The notes below the pieces were generated by a model. That model ran no database searches and was not told where the DNA came from. It saw only the letters and a list, made by a program, of their open reading frames with translations. Source: Candidatus Eiseniibacteriota bacterium (GTDB taxonomy: Bacteria; Eisenbacteria; RBG-16-71-46). Taken from it: a stretch of 36,400 nucleotides of DNA. Position 1 is the first letter of the stretch. Each line of letters opens with the position of its first letter. The position numbers were made by a program, and so were the translations under genes. The stretch is from NCBI GenBank assembly GCA_005893365.1, contig VBPB01000021.1:1-36400 (forward strand). The letters are read 5' to 3'. Positions 7,901 to 16,735 of this stretch are shown in pieces.

Positions 7901-8012
7901 CGTCCGCCATCGGCCGGCCATCGCGTCGCCGGCCGCAGGCGGCGGAATTGGCCATCCATGTTTCGCGACTGGCGGAGCGGAGCCTGGCCCATTGGCGGGC
8001 GGCCAAGGCGAT
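7901..8012. repeat. Direct repeat R2 (112 bp), non-coding
   Basis: See R1. The offset between copies is exactly 4680 bp. It sits in the divergent intergenic region between the Kelch and FN3-like genes. Confidence 0.9.
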
Positions 8013-8023
8013 TGGGAATTCAT

Positions 8024-8052
8024 TGTCGCCCGATGACAAGCAAGAGTAGAAT
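8024..8052 (+). promoter_or_regulatory. Sigma70-like promoter for the FN3-like surface protein gene
   Basis: TTGTCG (8024-8029), a 17-nt spacer, then TAGAAT (8047-8052), in the only AT-rich patch of this intergenic region, ~58 nt upstream of ATG 8111. Confidence 0.45.
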
Positions 8053-8110
8053 TTCATTTGAGCTCGGCGGTCGCCAGCCGGGCCGCGCAGGTCGACAGGG
8101 CCCATCCCTA

Positions 8111-10096
8111 ATGCACCGACCGATCCGCCTCGGATTCGCGGCCGTCGCCGCCATGGTCGTCGTGGGTCCGGCGTTAGGGCTCCACACGCTGGCGGCCGCC
8201 GGGCCCTGCCCCTCCCACGTCATCGAGCCCGCGCTGCCCAACACCGGGACCTCCACCTACGACTGGCCGGTCCAGACCTTCTATGCGGCCGACACGCTGA
8301 TCCTATCCGTCACGGTGTGGCGGAGGGCCGGGGCGGAACACACCTACGACGGCGGCGCGGTGCTCAGGCTCCTGAACACCTATGCCTCCGGCGTGCCGGA
8401 CATCGACAGTGTCCTGTTCACGAGCCCGGCCCTCGTCGTGCACGGCAGCAGCACTGAGCCGGTCCCGCTGGTCTTCGAGTTCAACCCTCCCCTGCGACTG
8501 CCGCATCCGGGCGAGTATGCCTTCCAGTGCCGGCCAGCCGGACTCTATGTGGACCTTCTCGCGTGGTCCTGGGACCTGCCGCCGTATGGCGGCGGGTACT
8601 GGGGTGGGGTGCTGTGGACCACCGGGCGCTGTTGCTACCCCCTCTGTTCGTATCCCCACGATGACCTCATCTTCCGCATCGAGTTCGTGCAGGGGTGGAC
8701 GCTGGGGCAGGCCAGCCTCGAGCGCGCCGACGCCCAACCCTGCCGGGTGGACATTAGCTGGATGTCTGGAAGTGGTGTCACCTCAGCGACCATCCTCCGG
8801 CGCACGGCCTCCACGAACTGGGATTCCGTCGGGACCGTTCTTGCCGACGGCGCCGGACGCCTTGCATTCGTGGACACGACCGTCGTGCCCGGGATGCGCT
8901 ACGCCTACAGCCTACGCGTGAACGATTGCTCGTCGTACGGGGAGAACTGCGTCGATGTGCCTGGCGGTCTCGGGCTGGCGCCGGTCAGCGCGACCCCGGT
9001 CGCGGGCCAGCTCCGCCTCACGTGGTCCGCCGCGGTAGGGCGCACCTTCACGGCCACCGTGTGGCGGCGTGACACCGGGGGCTGGCACGTCGTGGGGAGC
9101 GCCGCCCCGGACGGCTCCGGGCAGGTCGTCTTCGACGACGCGCACGTGCGAGGCGGTGACGACTACGACTATCGCCTGGGCGTGAACCTGTGCGATCGCG
9201 AGGTCTATTTGGGCCAGCTAAGCGGCGTGCGGATGCCCTGCGGGGCCGACCTGCCGGCCCTCGCGGTGCAGCGCCGGCCGTGCGCGTTGCTCCTGAGGTG
9301 GAGCACGCCGGACAGCTCTCGACATTCGGTCAATCTGTACCGCCGCGCGGCCGGTTCCGACGCATGGAGCCTGCTCGGCTCCGTGACCTCGGACAGCCTG
9401 GGCCACAGCGTCTACGAAGACCAGCCGCTCCTGCCGAACGGGCGCTACACGTATCGCCTCGGTGCGACGACCACCTACTGCAACGAGGCTTTCTCGGACC
9501 AGCTGTCGATCGCGGTGCCGGGACCGCAGGTGACGGGCGGGACCGCACGCGCGTACCTCGATCACGTCAGCGTGAGCTGGTCCGTCGGCGGCCCCAAGGA
9601 CGCGGTGCTGAAGGTGTATCGGACCCCCGGGGACACCGGATGGCAGCCCATGGCGCAGGTCGAACCCGACGATTTCGGTCAGGTCCGCTACGAGGACACG
9701 GATCTCTCATCCACCGCCCCGCACCCGGGCTACGGATATCGGTTGGGCATCACCCAGTGCGGGCAGGAGGCCTTCTACGGCACGGTGTGGACCGACCTGC
9801 CGTATGCCTTGGCGCTCAGGGGTGTGCGCCCGAATCCGACGGACGGGGACCTCACGCTCCAGTTCTCGCTGCCCGACGCCGCCCCGGCCAAGGTCGAGGT
9901 GATGGACCTCGCCGGACGACGCGTGCTTGCGCGCGATGTCGGCGAGTTGGGAGCCGGGGAGCACGCCGTGAACCTCACCGCCGAGCGGAGGCTGCCCTCG
10001 GGCGTGTATGTGATCCGCCTCACCCGTGCCGGGCAGGCGCGCACCACGCGCGCCGTCATCGTCCGGCAGAGACCCGGCTACCCCCCGTACCGCTGA
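8111..10096 (+). CDS. Secreted protein with four tandem FN3-like repeats and a FlgD-Ig / T9SS-type C-terminal domain
   Basis: Start at MHRPIRLGFAAVAAMVVVGPALG (signal peptide). Four ~90-aa repeats share the pattern L.W......A.V.RR......W..VG...PD..G...F.D......Y.YRLG. The C-terminus is RPNPTDGDLTLQFSLPDAAPAKVEVMDLAGRRV...GVYVIRLTRAG. The upstream extension to 7958 in the track runs through repeat R2 and is rejected. Confidence 0.75.
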   Translation: MHRPIRLGFAAVAAMVVVGPALGLHTLAAAGPCPSHVIEPALPNTGTSTYDWPVQTFYAADTLILSVTVWRRAGAEHTYDGGAVLRLLNTYASGVPDIDSVLFTSPALVVHGSSTEPVPLVFEFNPPLRLPHPGEYAFQCRPAGLYVDLLAWSWDLPPYGGGYWGGVLWTTGRCCYPLCSYPHDDLIFRIEFVQGWTLGQASLERADAQPCRVDISWMSGSGVTSATILRRTASTNWDSVGTVLADGAGRLAFVDTTVVPGMRYAYSLRVNDCSSYGENCVDVPGGLGLAPVSATPVAGQLRLTWSAAVGRTFTATVWRRDTGGWHVVGSAAPDGSGQVVFDDAHVRGGDDYDYRLGVNLCDREVYLGQLSGVRMPCGADLPALAVQRRPCALLLRWSTPDSSRHSVNLYRRAAGSDAWSLLGSVTSDSLGHSVYEDQPLLPNGRYTYRLGATTTYCNEAFSDQLSIAVPGPQVTGGTARAYLDHVSVSWSVGGPKDAVLKVYRTPGDTGWQPMAQVEPDDFGQVRYEDTDLSSTAPHPGYGYRLGITQCGQEAFYGTVWTDLPYALALRGVRPNPTDGDLTLQFSLPDAAPAKVEVMDLAGRRVLARDVGELGAGEHAVNLTAERRLPSGVYVIRLTRAGQARTTRAVIVRQRPGYPPYR

Positions 10097-10177
10097 GGCT
10101 CCTCCGATGATCCGACAAGCACGCAGCCGCGGCCGTTACCTCTTCGCGATCGTCCTCGGCGGAGGAGATCGCGGCGC

Positions 10178-11764
10178 TCAGATCCCGGCCGCGGGCTGCA
10201 CCGCGGAGCGCTCGGGTGGGCCGGACGCGGCCGGGAGGTGCTGCTGCCACCACGCACGCGCCTCGGCGGTCGACCAGCGCGGCCCGTCCAGGCAGGCGTC
10301 GAGCGCGTCGCCCAACTGCTCGGCATTGCGGGGACGATCCGCCGGCTCCTTCGCGAGACACGCCAGGACGAGGGCTTCGAGGCGCGGCGCGATGGCGTAC
10401 TTCGTCTTGCCGGCCAGCGGGGGCGGCGCGACCTGGGCGTGCTGCCGCAGGAGCTCGCCCGTAGTGTCGGCCTCGAACGGCTTGGCGCCCGCCAGCAGCC
10501 AGTAGGCCACGCAGCCCAGCGCGTAGAGGTCGGTCGCAGGGCCCACCTCGAGCCCGAAGATCTGCTCGGGCGCCATGTATCCGGGGGTGCCCAACTGCGT
10601 GCCGGGGGCGGTGAGCTGGAGGTCCGCCTTCGCCACGGCCGGCTTCGAGAGCCCGAAGTCGAGCACCTTCACGAAATCGACGTCCTGCCCGTAGCGACAG
10701 ACGAACAGGTTGGACGGCTTGATGTCGCGATGGATCAATCCGTGGGCGTGGGCCTCGGCGAGGGAATGACAGGCCTGCCGCAGCCAGAACACGGCACGTC
10801 GGGGCTCGACGGGACCGAATTGATAGATGAAGTGCTCGACGTTGATGCCCGCCAGACGTTCCATCACGTAGTAGAGGGAGCCGTCCTCGCTGGCGCCGAA
10901 GTCGTAGAGCGCGACCGTGTGCGGCGAGGAGAGGTCGGCGGTCACGCGGGCCTCGTGCGTGAACCGCTTCACGGCGGTTTGGCGCTCCTCCAGGGGGCCC
11001 TGGAGACTCTCGGGAAGGATGAGCTTGATGGCCGCCGGCCGCGCCAGCAGGAGGTGGCGCGCGCCCCAGACCTCCCCCATCCCGCCGCGCCCGATCAGGT
11101 CCACCAGCTCATAGCTGCCGAAGCGGCGCGCGGCCGCGACCTGCCGGCCCGCGCCGTAGACGGTGCGCGAGGCGACCGACGCGATCCCGACCGCCACCGC
11201 GCCGGTGATCGTGGTGGCGAGATAGGCCGACGGATGCACCATGATCTTCCCGGCGAACGACAGGGCCGCGAGGCCGGCCGGCATGGTCAGCCCACAGAGG
11301 ACCGAGGTGATCAGCGTCGTGCGCGGGGACACGCGGACCAGCAGTGGGAACAGGATCATGATGGGCACGACCCAGGTCAGGGACTGCACGTGCCCGGTGT
11401 GGACGAAGGCCGCCCAGCCCACGCCGACGGAGATCATGAGCGAGAGCAGGACCTGGATGCCGAGGGCCACGGCGAGCACCTGCCGGTCGCTCAGCGCGCG
11501 CAGCCCCGACACCAGCAGGAGCACGAGGCACAGCCCCGTGCCAATGAGGTTCTGGGTGAGGTCGATGCGGTGCTCGAGCGCGGACGAAGGCACCAGCCGG
11601 CTGGCCTCGAGCGCGAGGAACACCGCGTAGGCGGCACTACCGATGGCCGCGGCGACCCGGACGCGGCCCCGGGACTCCCGCGTGATCTCGCCCGGCAGCT
11701 CGAGTCCGGTGGTGGCGTCGGGCCTAAGTGCCGCGTTCCATCGGCCCGGCAGCAGCCTCTTCAT
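10178..11764 (-). CDS. Ser/Thr protein kinase with an N-terminal multi-pass membrane domain
   Basis: Kinase motifs GRGGMGEVW, AIK, HRDIKPSN, DFG and GTPGYMAPE lie in the C-terminal half. About six hydrophobic helices precede them. Start at ATG 11764 (MKRLLPGRW) with GAAGAGGGGG upstream; the track ORF extends spuriously to 12145. Confidence 0.9.
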   Translation of the reverse strand: MKRLLPGRWNAALRPDATTGLELPGEITRESRGRVRVAAAIGSAAYAVFLALEASRLVPSSALEHRIDLTQNLIGTGLCLVLLLVSGLRALSDRQVLAVALGIQVLLSLMISVGVGWAAFVHTGHVQSLTWVVPIMILFPLLVRVSPRTTLITSVLCGLTMPAGLAALSFAGKIMVHPSAYLATTITGAVAVGIASVASRTVYGAGRQVAAARRFGSYELVDLIGRGGMGEVWGARHLLLARPAAIKLILPESLQGPLEERQTAVKRFTHEARVTADLSSPHTVALYDFGASEDGSLYYVMERLAGINVEHFIYQFGPVEPRRAVFWLRQACHSLAEAHAHGLIHRDIKPSNLFVCRYGQDVDFVKVLDFGLSKPAVAKADLQLTAPGTQLGTPGYMAPEQIFGLEVGPATDLYALGCVAYWLLAGAKPFEADTTGELLRQHAQVAPPPLAGKTKYAIAPRLEALVLACLAKEPADRPRNAEQLGDALDACLDGPRWSTAEARAWWQQHLPAASGPPERSAVQPAAGI

Positions 11765-11838
11765 GCCGCCCCCTCTTCGATCGGGCGGGCCCCTGGCCAG
11801 GAAGGGTGGGGCGGACCGCGGCCGGTCGCGTTCACGGG

Positions 11839-11846
11839 AGTATACT
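11839..11846. promoter_or_regulatory. Palindromic -10-like element AGTATACT in the divergent kinase intergenic region
   Basis: It is the only AT-rich hexamer in 11765-11900 and reads TATACT on both strands, ~50-70 nt from either start codon. No convincing -35 was found. Confidence 0.25.
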
Positions 11847-11900
11847 CGTACCGCAGGCGAACGGATCGTTTGCGCCGCACCGTGACCGCCGAGGGACTTC

Positions 11901-14594
11901 GTGGCAACGCCCGATACTCCCGACACTCCCCCGCCCGATGAGGCCGGCACCGTCGGCCGGATGATCATCGGACGCTTCCGCGTCGAGCAGATCCTCGGCC
12001 GCGGTGGGGGTGGCGAGGTCCTGCTCGCCCAGGACACGCTGCTCCATCGCCGCGTCGCGCTCAAGCGCCTGGGTTCCGACGAGGGGAAGGACGCGACTCG
12101 GCGCACCTCGGTGTTGCGCGAGGCCCGGCGCGCCAGCCAGATCAACGACCGGCGGATCGCGGCGATCTACGACGTCCTCGAGCTCGACGACGACGTGCTC
12201 ATCGTCATGGAGTACGTCGAGGGCACGACGCTGCGCGCCCGCATGACCGGGCCGGTCCCGCTCGAGGAGTTCTGGGGACTCGCCAGCCAATGTCTCGAGG
12301 CCCTGGCCGCCGCCCATGCCCACGGCGTCATCCACCGCGACATCAAGCCCGAGAACCTGATGCTCGCGGCCGACGGGCAGATCAAGATCCTCGACTTCGG
12401 CATCGCGCGTCACACCGAGACGCCGGCGGGGGCGACCGGGACGGTGCCGCTGACGACGACCGCCACGGGAGAACGGGTCATCTCCGGCACGCCGCAATAC
12501 ATGGCGCCCGAGGCGTGCTACGGCGGCAGGATCGACGAGCGCACCGACATCTTCTCGCTCGGCGTGGTCTTCTACGAGCTGCTGACCGGGCTCCAGCCGT
12601 TCATGGGCCCCACGCTGGACGTCGTGTTCCAGCGCGTCATGACCGCGATCCCGCCGCCGGTGGCGGAGGCGAATCCGGCGGCGGGACCCGCGCTGTCGGA
12701 GGCGATCGCGAAGATGCTGGCGAAGGATCCCGACCATCGCCAGGCCTCCTGCCGCGAGGTGTTGGAGGACCTCGTGCGGGCCCGCGCGGCGGTCGGGACC
12801 GTCCCAGCCCCGCACCCACCGGCGGCGCGTCCGGCGGCCCCCGCGCGTCGCGCTCCGCGGCGCGCGATCCTCGCGGTCGCGATGGTCGTGGTCGCGGTCG
12901 CCGCGGGGCTCGTGCTGGGTCCCGGGCGGCACTGGCTCCAGCCCGCGCTGCCGGCCGATCGCAATCTCGCCGTCCTCGCCCCGATGACGCCGGGCGCCAC
13001 CGACGACTTCGCGAACTTCGCTCTGGGAGCGATCGAGCTCCTCCACGGCCGGCTGCAGCGACACCAGGCGGAGCCTGGCTTCCAGATCGCGTCGTTTCGC
13101 GAGGGCGTTGAGGCCCATCTGCAGACGGCCGACGACGCGCACAAGGTGCTCGGGACCAACCTCGTGCTCACGACGACGCTCGCGCAAGGAACCGATCGCT
13201 TCCGCGCGACGGTGGCGCTCCAGGATGCGGTGCGCGGGCGGACCCTCCACTCGCGCACCATCGAGACGCCCGCGTCACAGCCGTTCGACTTCCTGGACGG
13301 CATCGAGCGCGAGAGCGTCGCCATGCTGGGGCTCGCCGGCGGCCGCGCCCAGGCGGCACCACCGCCCAGGGTACGCGGCCCCGGGACGCTGCGATTCCTC
13401 GCCCAGGGCATCGGCCGGCTGCGGCGAGCCCAGACCGAGGCGGACGCGCGCCGCGCGGCGGACGACCTCGAGCTGGCGTGCCGTGCCGAGCCCGAAGCCG
13501 CGCTGGCGCGCGCATGGCTCGCGACCGCCCAGCTCCGGACTTACACGCTGGGCAAGGACCGCGGCTGGCTCGATCGGGCGGGGGTCTCGGCGCGCGAGGC
13601 GATCGGCCTCGACAGCACCTGCGCCGAGGCGCATCGCTCACTGGCGTCGGTCCTGGAAGCGGCGAAGGACGCTCCGGCCTCGCTGGTGGAGCTCCGGCGC
13701 GCGGTCGAGCTCAACCCGAACGACGACGACGCCTGCTACCGCCTGGGCCGCACCCACCACCGGATCGGCCGGACCGAGGAGGAGAAAGGGATCTACGTGG
13801 CGACGATCGCCCGCCGTCCCCATTGCTGGCAGCCCTACTGGTGGCTCGGGCTCTGGAACTTCCGCGAGGGGCACGTCGAGGAGGCGATCGCGGCGTACCG
13901 GCAGATGATCCGCCGCGCGCCCGACCTCTATCGCGGCTACGAGAGCCTGGGAGGCGTGCTGGTGCTGCACGGAGACTACACACGGGCGATCGACACGCTG
14001 AGGCACTCCATCGCGCTGCGACCCAGCAAGATCGCCTTCGACAACCTGGGCACCGCCTACTTCAACACCGGCCGCCTAGACGACGCGATCGCGGCGTACA
14101 ACCAGTCGTTCCAGTTCGGGTTCGCCACCTACGGGTCGTGGGTGAATCTCGGCGACGCCTACTACTGGCTGCGCAATCGCCAGGACCAGGCGGCGGAGGC
14201 CTATCGACAGGGGATTCGATTGGGCCGTGAGGAAGCCGCCGATCGGGCCCAGCGGGGGGTGACGTTCGATGTCATGATCCCGGCCAACCTGGCGACGGTA
14301 TTCCCCAAGCTGGGCGCGCCCGACAGCGCTCGCGTGTATCTGAATCGCGCGCTGGAAGCGGATAGTACGAACGCGATGGTGATGTGTTGCGCAGCACTAA
14401 CCTTCTGGCAGTTGGCGGAGAAGGACCGGGCGATCAAATGGCTCGTGAAGGCGGTCCAAGGGGGCTACCCTGTCGCGTGGCTCAGGGATTCGCCCGTCTT
14501 CCGTGAGTGGCGCGACCAGGAAGGGTTCCGCGCACTCATCGCGGACGCAGCCTCGCCGCAGGCTGCCCCGCACGCCGAAGGAGGCCGACAATGA
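11901..14594 (+). CDS. Ser/Thr protein kinase with one TM helix and a C-terminal TPR-repeat domain
   Basis: Motifs GRGGGGEVL, ALKRL, HRDIKPEN, DFG and GTPQYMAPE. A TM segment AILAVAMVVVAVAAGLVLG follows the kinase and a Pro/Ala linker. The C-terminal ~350 aa carry TPR-like repeats (..AIAAYRQMIRRAPDLYRGYESLG.., ..AIAAYNQSFQF..). GTG start at 11901 with GAGGGA upstream; an alternative ATG is at 11961. Confidence 0.9.
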   Translation: MATPDTPDTPPPDEAGTVGRMIIGRFRVEQILGRGGGGEVLLAQDTLLHRRVALKRLGSDEGKDATRRTSVLREARRASQINDRRIAAIYDVLELDDDVLIVMEYVEGTTLRARMTGPVPLEEFWGLASQCLEALAAAHAHGVIHRDIKPENLMLAADGQIKILDFGIARHTETPAGATGTVPLTTTATGERVISGTPQYMAPEACYGGRIDERTDIFSLGVVFYELLTGLQPFMGPTLDVVFQRVMTAIPPPVAEANPAAGPALSEAIAKMLAKDPDHRQASCREVLEDLVRARAAVGTVPAPHPPAARPAAPARRAPRRAILAVAMVVVAVAAGLVLGPGRHWLQPALPADRNLAVLAPMTPGATDDFANFALGAIELLHGRLQRHQAEPGFQIASFREGVEAHLQTADDAHKVLGTNLVLTTTLAQGTDRFRATVALQDAVRGRTLHSRTIETPASQPFDFLDGIERESVAMLGLAGGRAQAAPPPRVRGPGTLRFLAQGIGRLRRAQTEADARRAADDLELACRAEPEAALARAWLATAQLRTYTLGKDRGWLDRAGVSAREAIGLDSTCAEAHRSLASVLEAAKDAPASLVELRRAVELNPNDDDACYRLGRTHHRIGRTEEEKGIYVATIARRPHCWQPYWWLGLWNFREGHVEEAIAAYRQMIRRAPDLYRGYESLGGVLVLHGDYTRAIDTLRHSIALRPSKIAFDNLGTAYFNTGRLDDAIAAYNQSFQFGFATYGSWVNLGDAYYWLRNRQDQAAEAYRQGIRLGREEAADRAQRGVTFDVMIPANLATVFPKLGAPDSARVYLNRALEADSTNAMVMCCAALTFWQLAEKDRAIKWLVKAVQGGYPVAWLRDSPVFREWRDQEGFRALIADAASPQAAPHAEGGRQ

Positions 14595-14896
14595 GGACGC
14601 ACACGATCTCCGTCACGGTCGAGAACGATCGCATCCAGGTGACTCCCGACCCTCTCGTCATGTTCAAGACCGACGAGGCTTGCTGGGCCGGGACCAACGC
14701 CCGCAGGTTCTCCATCGAGTTCGATGGCGATGGACCATTCGGGAGTCGCACGCTCGCCCACGAGGTGGCGACTGATGTACAAACGCCCATCGCCAAAGGC
14801 CGGTTCAAGTACACGGTGGTCTCGGAGGAGAACCCGGGCCTGAGGCTCGATCCGATCATCATCGTCGACGAACCGCCGAGCAGCGGAACGATCTGA
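14591..14896 (+). CDS. Hypothetical 101-aa protein translationally coupled to the TPR kinase
   Basis: ATGA overlap with the kinase stop (14591-14594). A strong SD GAAGGAGG lies 7 nt upstream. The sequence is predicted beta-rich (MRTHTISVTVENDRIQVTPDPLVM...GRFKYTVVSEENPGLRLDPIIIV). No family was recognised. Confidence 0.6.
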   Translation: MRTHTISVTVENDRIQVTPDPLVMFKTDEACWAGTNARRFSIEFDGDGPFGSRTLAHEVATDVQTPIAKGRFKYTVVSEENPGLRLDPIIIVDEPPSSGTI

Positions 14897-14923
14897 TCGG
14901 GAAGGCCCGCGGGGCGTGGCGCG

Positions 14924-15163
14924 TCAGCGCCCGCGTCCCGCGCCCGCGGCCTTCGCCATCTGCTCGCGCAGTTCCCGAGACCAGCCGAGGACGACGTCGA
15001 AGGGCGTGATGTCGTCCTCCCCCTCGCCCCGCTGGATGGCGAGGATGCGCCCGTCCGGCATGACGCCCCACTCGAACCGCGCCTCGCGTAGGCTGCGCCC
15101 AGCCTCGCTCACGGCGACGATGCGGGACGAGGCTTTGGAAGTCGACGGACGGTCGCGGATCAC
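14924..15163 (-). pseudogene. Possible relic of the C-terminal blade of a TolB-like beta-propeller protein
   Basis: The 80-codon ORF from GTG 15163 ends ..FEWGVMPDGRILAIQRGEGEDDITPFDVVLGWSRELREQM. This resembles the ..YDVSPDG.RFL......I.VVLNWFEEL.. tail common in kinase-associated propellers. It has no SD and no room for the rest of such a protein (the Spy-like gene starts at 15185). Confidence 0.25.
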
Positions 15164-15184
15164 CGCAAGAGAAGGAGGATCACC

Positions 15185-15868
15185 ATGAGGTCTCGCTGGC
15201 TGCTGTGCGTGTTGGCGGGGGCGCTGCTGCTCACTCCCGCCCGCAAGGCGTGGGCACAGGAGGTGGCGGCGCAACCAGCCGATGCGATCGGCGATGAGCT
15301 CGCGGCGAGCGAGGCGGCGTCGGACGATCTCGGGGACTTCATCCTCGACGTCGACTTCGATATGCCGGGCGGGGAAGCCCCGCATGCCCCCGGCGGGGGC
15401 ACGGGCACGAGCGGCGTCGGGACGCCCTCGCCGGGCCAGCCCGGTCTCGAGATGCTGCAGCGCTTCATGCAGGGAATGGGCGCCGGCGGCCTCGGAAACC
15501 TCGCGGGCCTGGCGCGGCCGACGTTGCGCGAACAACTCGCCCTCACCGAGGAGCAGGAGACCCGGCTGGCCGACATCCGCGAGCGGCGCGAACGCAAGGC
15601 CATCCCGATCGAAGGCGACCTCCGATTGGCGAGCCTGGACATGCGCAAGCTCATGCGCGCGGACAAACCGGATGCGCGGGCCATCGACGCCGTGATCGAC
15701 CGGCGTGCCAGCCTGCGGGCGGCGCTGGAGAAGTCGCGCGCGGCCGCGGCGCTCGAAGCGCGCGCGGTGTTCACGCCGGCCCAGCAGAAGGTGCTGCGCG
15801 AGTACCGCGCCCGGCATCCGCTGCTGAGCCTCGGAGCGCGGCTGATGAACGAGTTGATGACGCGCTAG
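15185..15868 (+). CDS. Spy/CpxP-family (LTXXQ) periplasmic protein
   Basis: Strong SD AGAAGGAGGA. Signal peptide MRSRWLLCVLAGALLLTPARKAWA. Two LTXXQ-type motifs (LALTEEQETRL and FTPAQQKVL) sit in a helical Arg/Glu-rich C-terminal half. The overlapping minus ORF 14924..15817 is treated as a shadow. Confidence 0.75.
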   Translation: MRSRWLLCVLAGALLLTPARKAWAQEVAAQPADAIGDELAASEAASDDLGDFILDVDFDMPGGEAPHAPGGGTGTSGVGTPSPGQPGLEMLQRFMQGMGAGGLGNLAGLARPTLREQLALTEEQETRLADIRERRERKAIPIEGDLRLASLDMRKLMRADKPDARAIDAVIDRRASLRAALEKSRAAAALEARAVFTPAQQKVLREYRARHPLLSLGARLMNELMTR

Positions 15869-15946
15869 CCGGGATGCCCGGTGACCATACGCCGCGGGAG
15901 CGCCCGCTCGGGCGCCCCCGTCGTCCTGCTCGTCGCGGCCCGTCGT

Positions 15947-16735
15947 CTACGTCGCGAAGCGCACCACCGCGAACACCGCACCCTGCGGATCCTGGATCAC
16001 CGCGAACCGGCCCACGCCCGGGATGTCCCTGCCCGGCACGAGCGCCTTGCCCCCCAGGCCCGTGGCCTTCTTGACGCTCGCGTCCACGTCGGCCGACGCG
16101 AAGTAGTTGAGCCAGTGGGACGGTGCCTGCGCTGGCACGTCCACCGGCATCGGCATGATGCCGCCGATCGGCGTGCCGGTGTTGAGGAGCGTCGTGTACG
16201 TCCCGCCCATCGGCATGGGGTCGTCCTGCGCCTTCCAGCCGAAGAGCTGGGTGTAGAACTGCTTCGCCGGCGCCGGCTGCCGGGCGTTGAGCTGGGACCA
16301 GGCGAGCGAGCCCGGCTCGCCCGCCACGCCGATCCCGTCGTGCTTGTTGGCCTGCCACACCGAGAACGTGGCGCCGATCGGATCCTGGATCACCGCCATG
16401 CGCCCGTTCTCGCTGGCGTCGAACGGCTGCATGATCACCGTGCCGCCCAACTGCTTCGCCTTCGCCGCCGCCTCGTCCGCGCTCAAGACCGCCACGTAGC
16501 TGCCCCAATGCGGCGGGACGCCGGCCTGCATCATGTCGGGACGCAGCGTGTAGAGCGCCGCGGCGTCGCGGCCGCCGAGCTGGAAGATGGTGTAGATCCC
16601 GTTGGGCCCCGTGTCGTGGTCGGTGAAGGTCCAGCCGAACAGCGCGCCGTAGAACGTCTTCGCCGCGGTCTGATCGGTGGTGCCCAGCTCGGGCCAGCAG
16701 AACGAGCCGGGGGCGTTGCGGGTGATGGTCGGCAT
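15947..16735 (-). CDS. VOC (glyoxalase/bleomycin-resistance/dioxygenase) family protein, two tandem domains
   Basis: The signature is duplicated: ..FCWPELGTTD...AKTFYGALFGW......Y..F......AAL.. and ..LAWSQLNARQPAPAKQFYTQLFGW... Each half ends in a ..GRMAVIQDP.GA.F.. motif. SD GAGGAGGA upstream. Confidence 0.85.
   Translation of the reverse strand: MPTITRNAPGSFCWPELGTTDQTAAKTFYGALFGWTFTDHDTGPNGIYTIFQLGGRDAAALYTLRPDMMQAGVPPHWGSYVAVLSADEAAAKAKQLGGTVIMQPFDASENGRMAVIQDPIGATFSVWQANKHDGIGVAGEPGSLAWSQLNARQPAPAKQFYTQLFGWKAQDDPMPMGGTYTTLLNTGTPIGGIMPMPVDVPAQAPSHWLNYFASADVDASVKKATGLGGKALVPGRDIPGVGRFAVIQDPQGAVFAVVRFAT

Noticed and set aside
10097-10177. Terminator between the convergent FN3-like and kinase genes
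   Set aside because: Only an 8-bp stem (10099-10106 / 10160-10167) with a ~53-nt loop and no U-tract. This is too weak to annotate.
14924-15817. 297-aa minus-strand ORF overlapping the Spy-like gene
   Set aside because: The plus-strand ORF has a perfect SD, a signal peptide and LTXXQ motifs. Only the last ~80 codons of the minus ORF (14924-15163) lie outside it, and those are treated separately as a possible relic.
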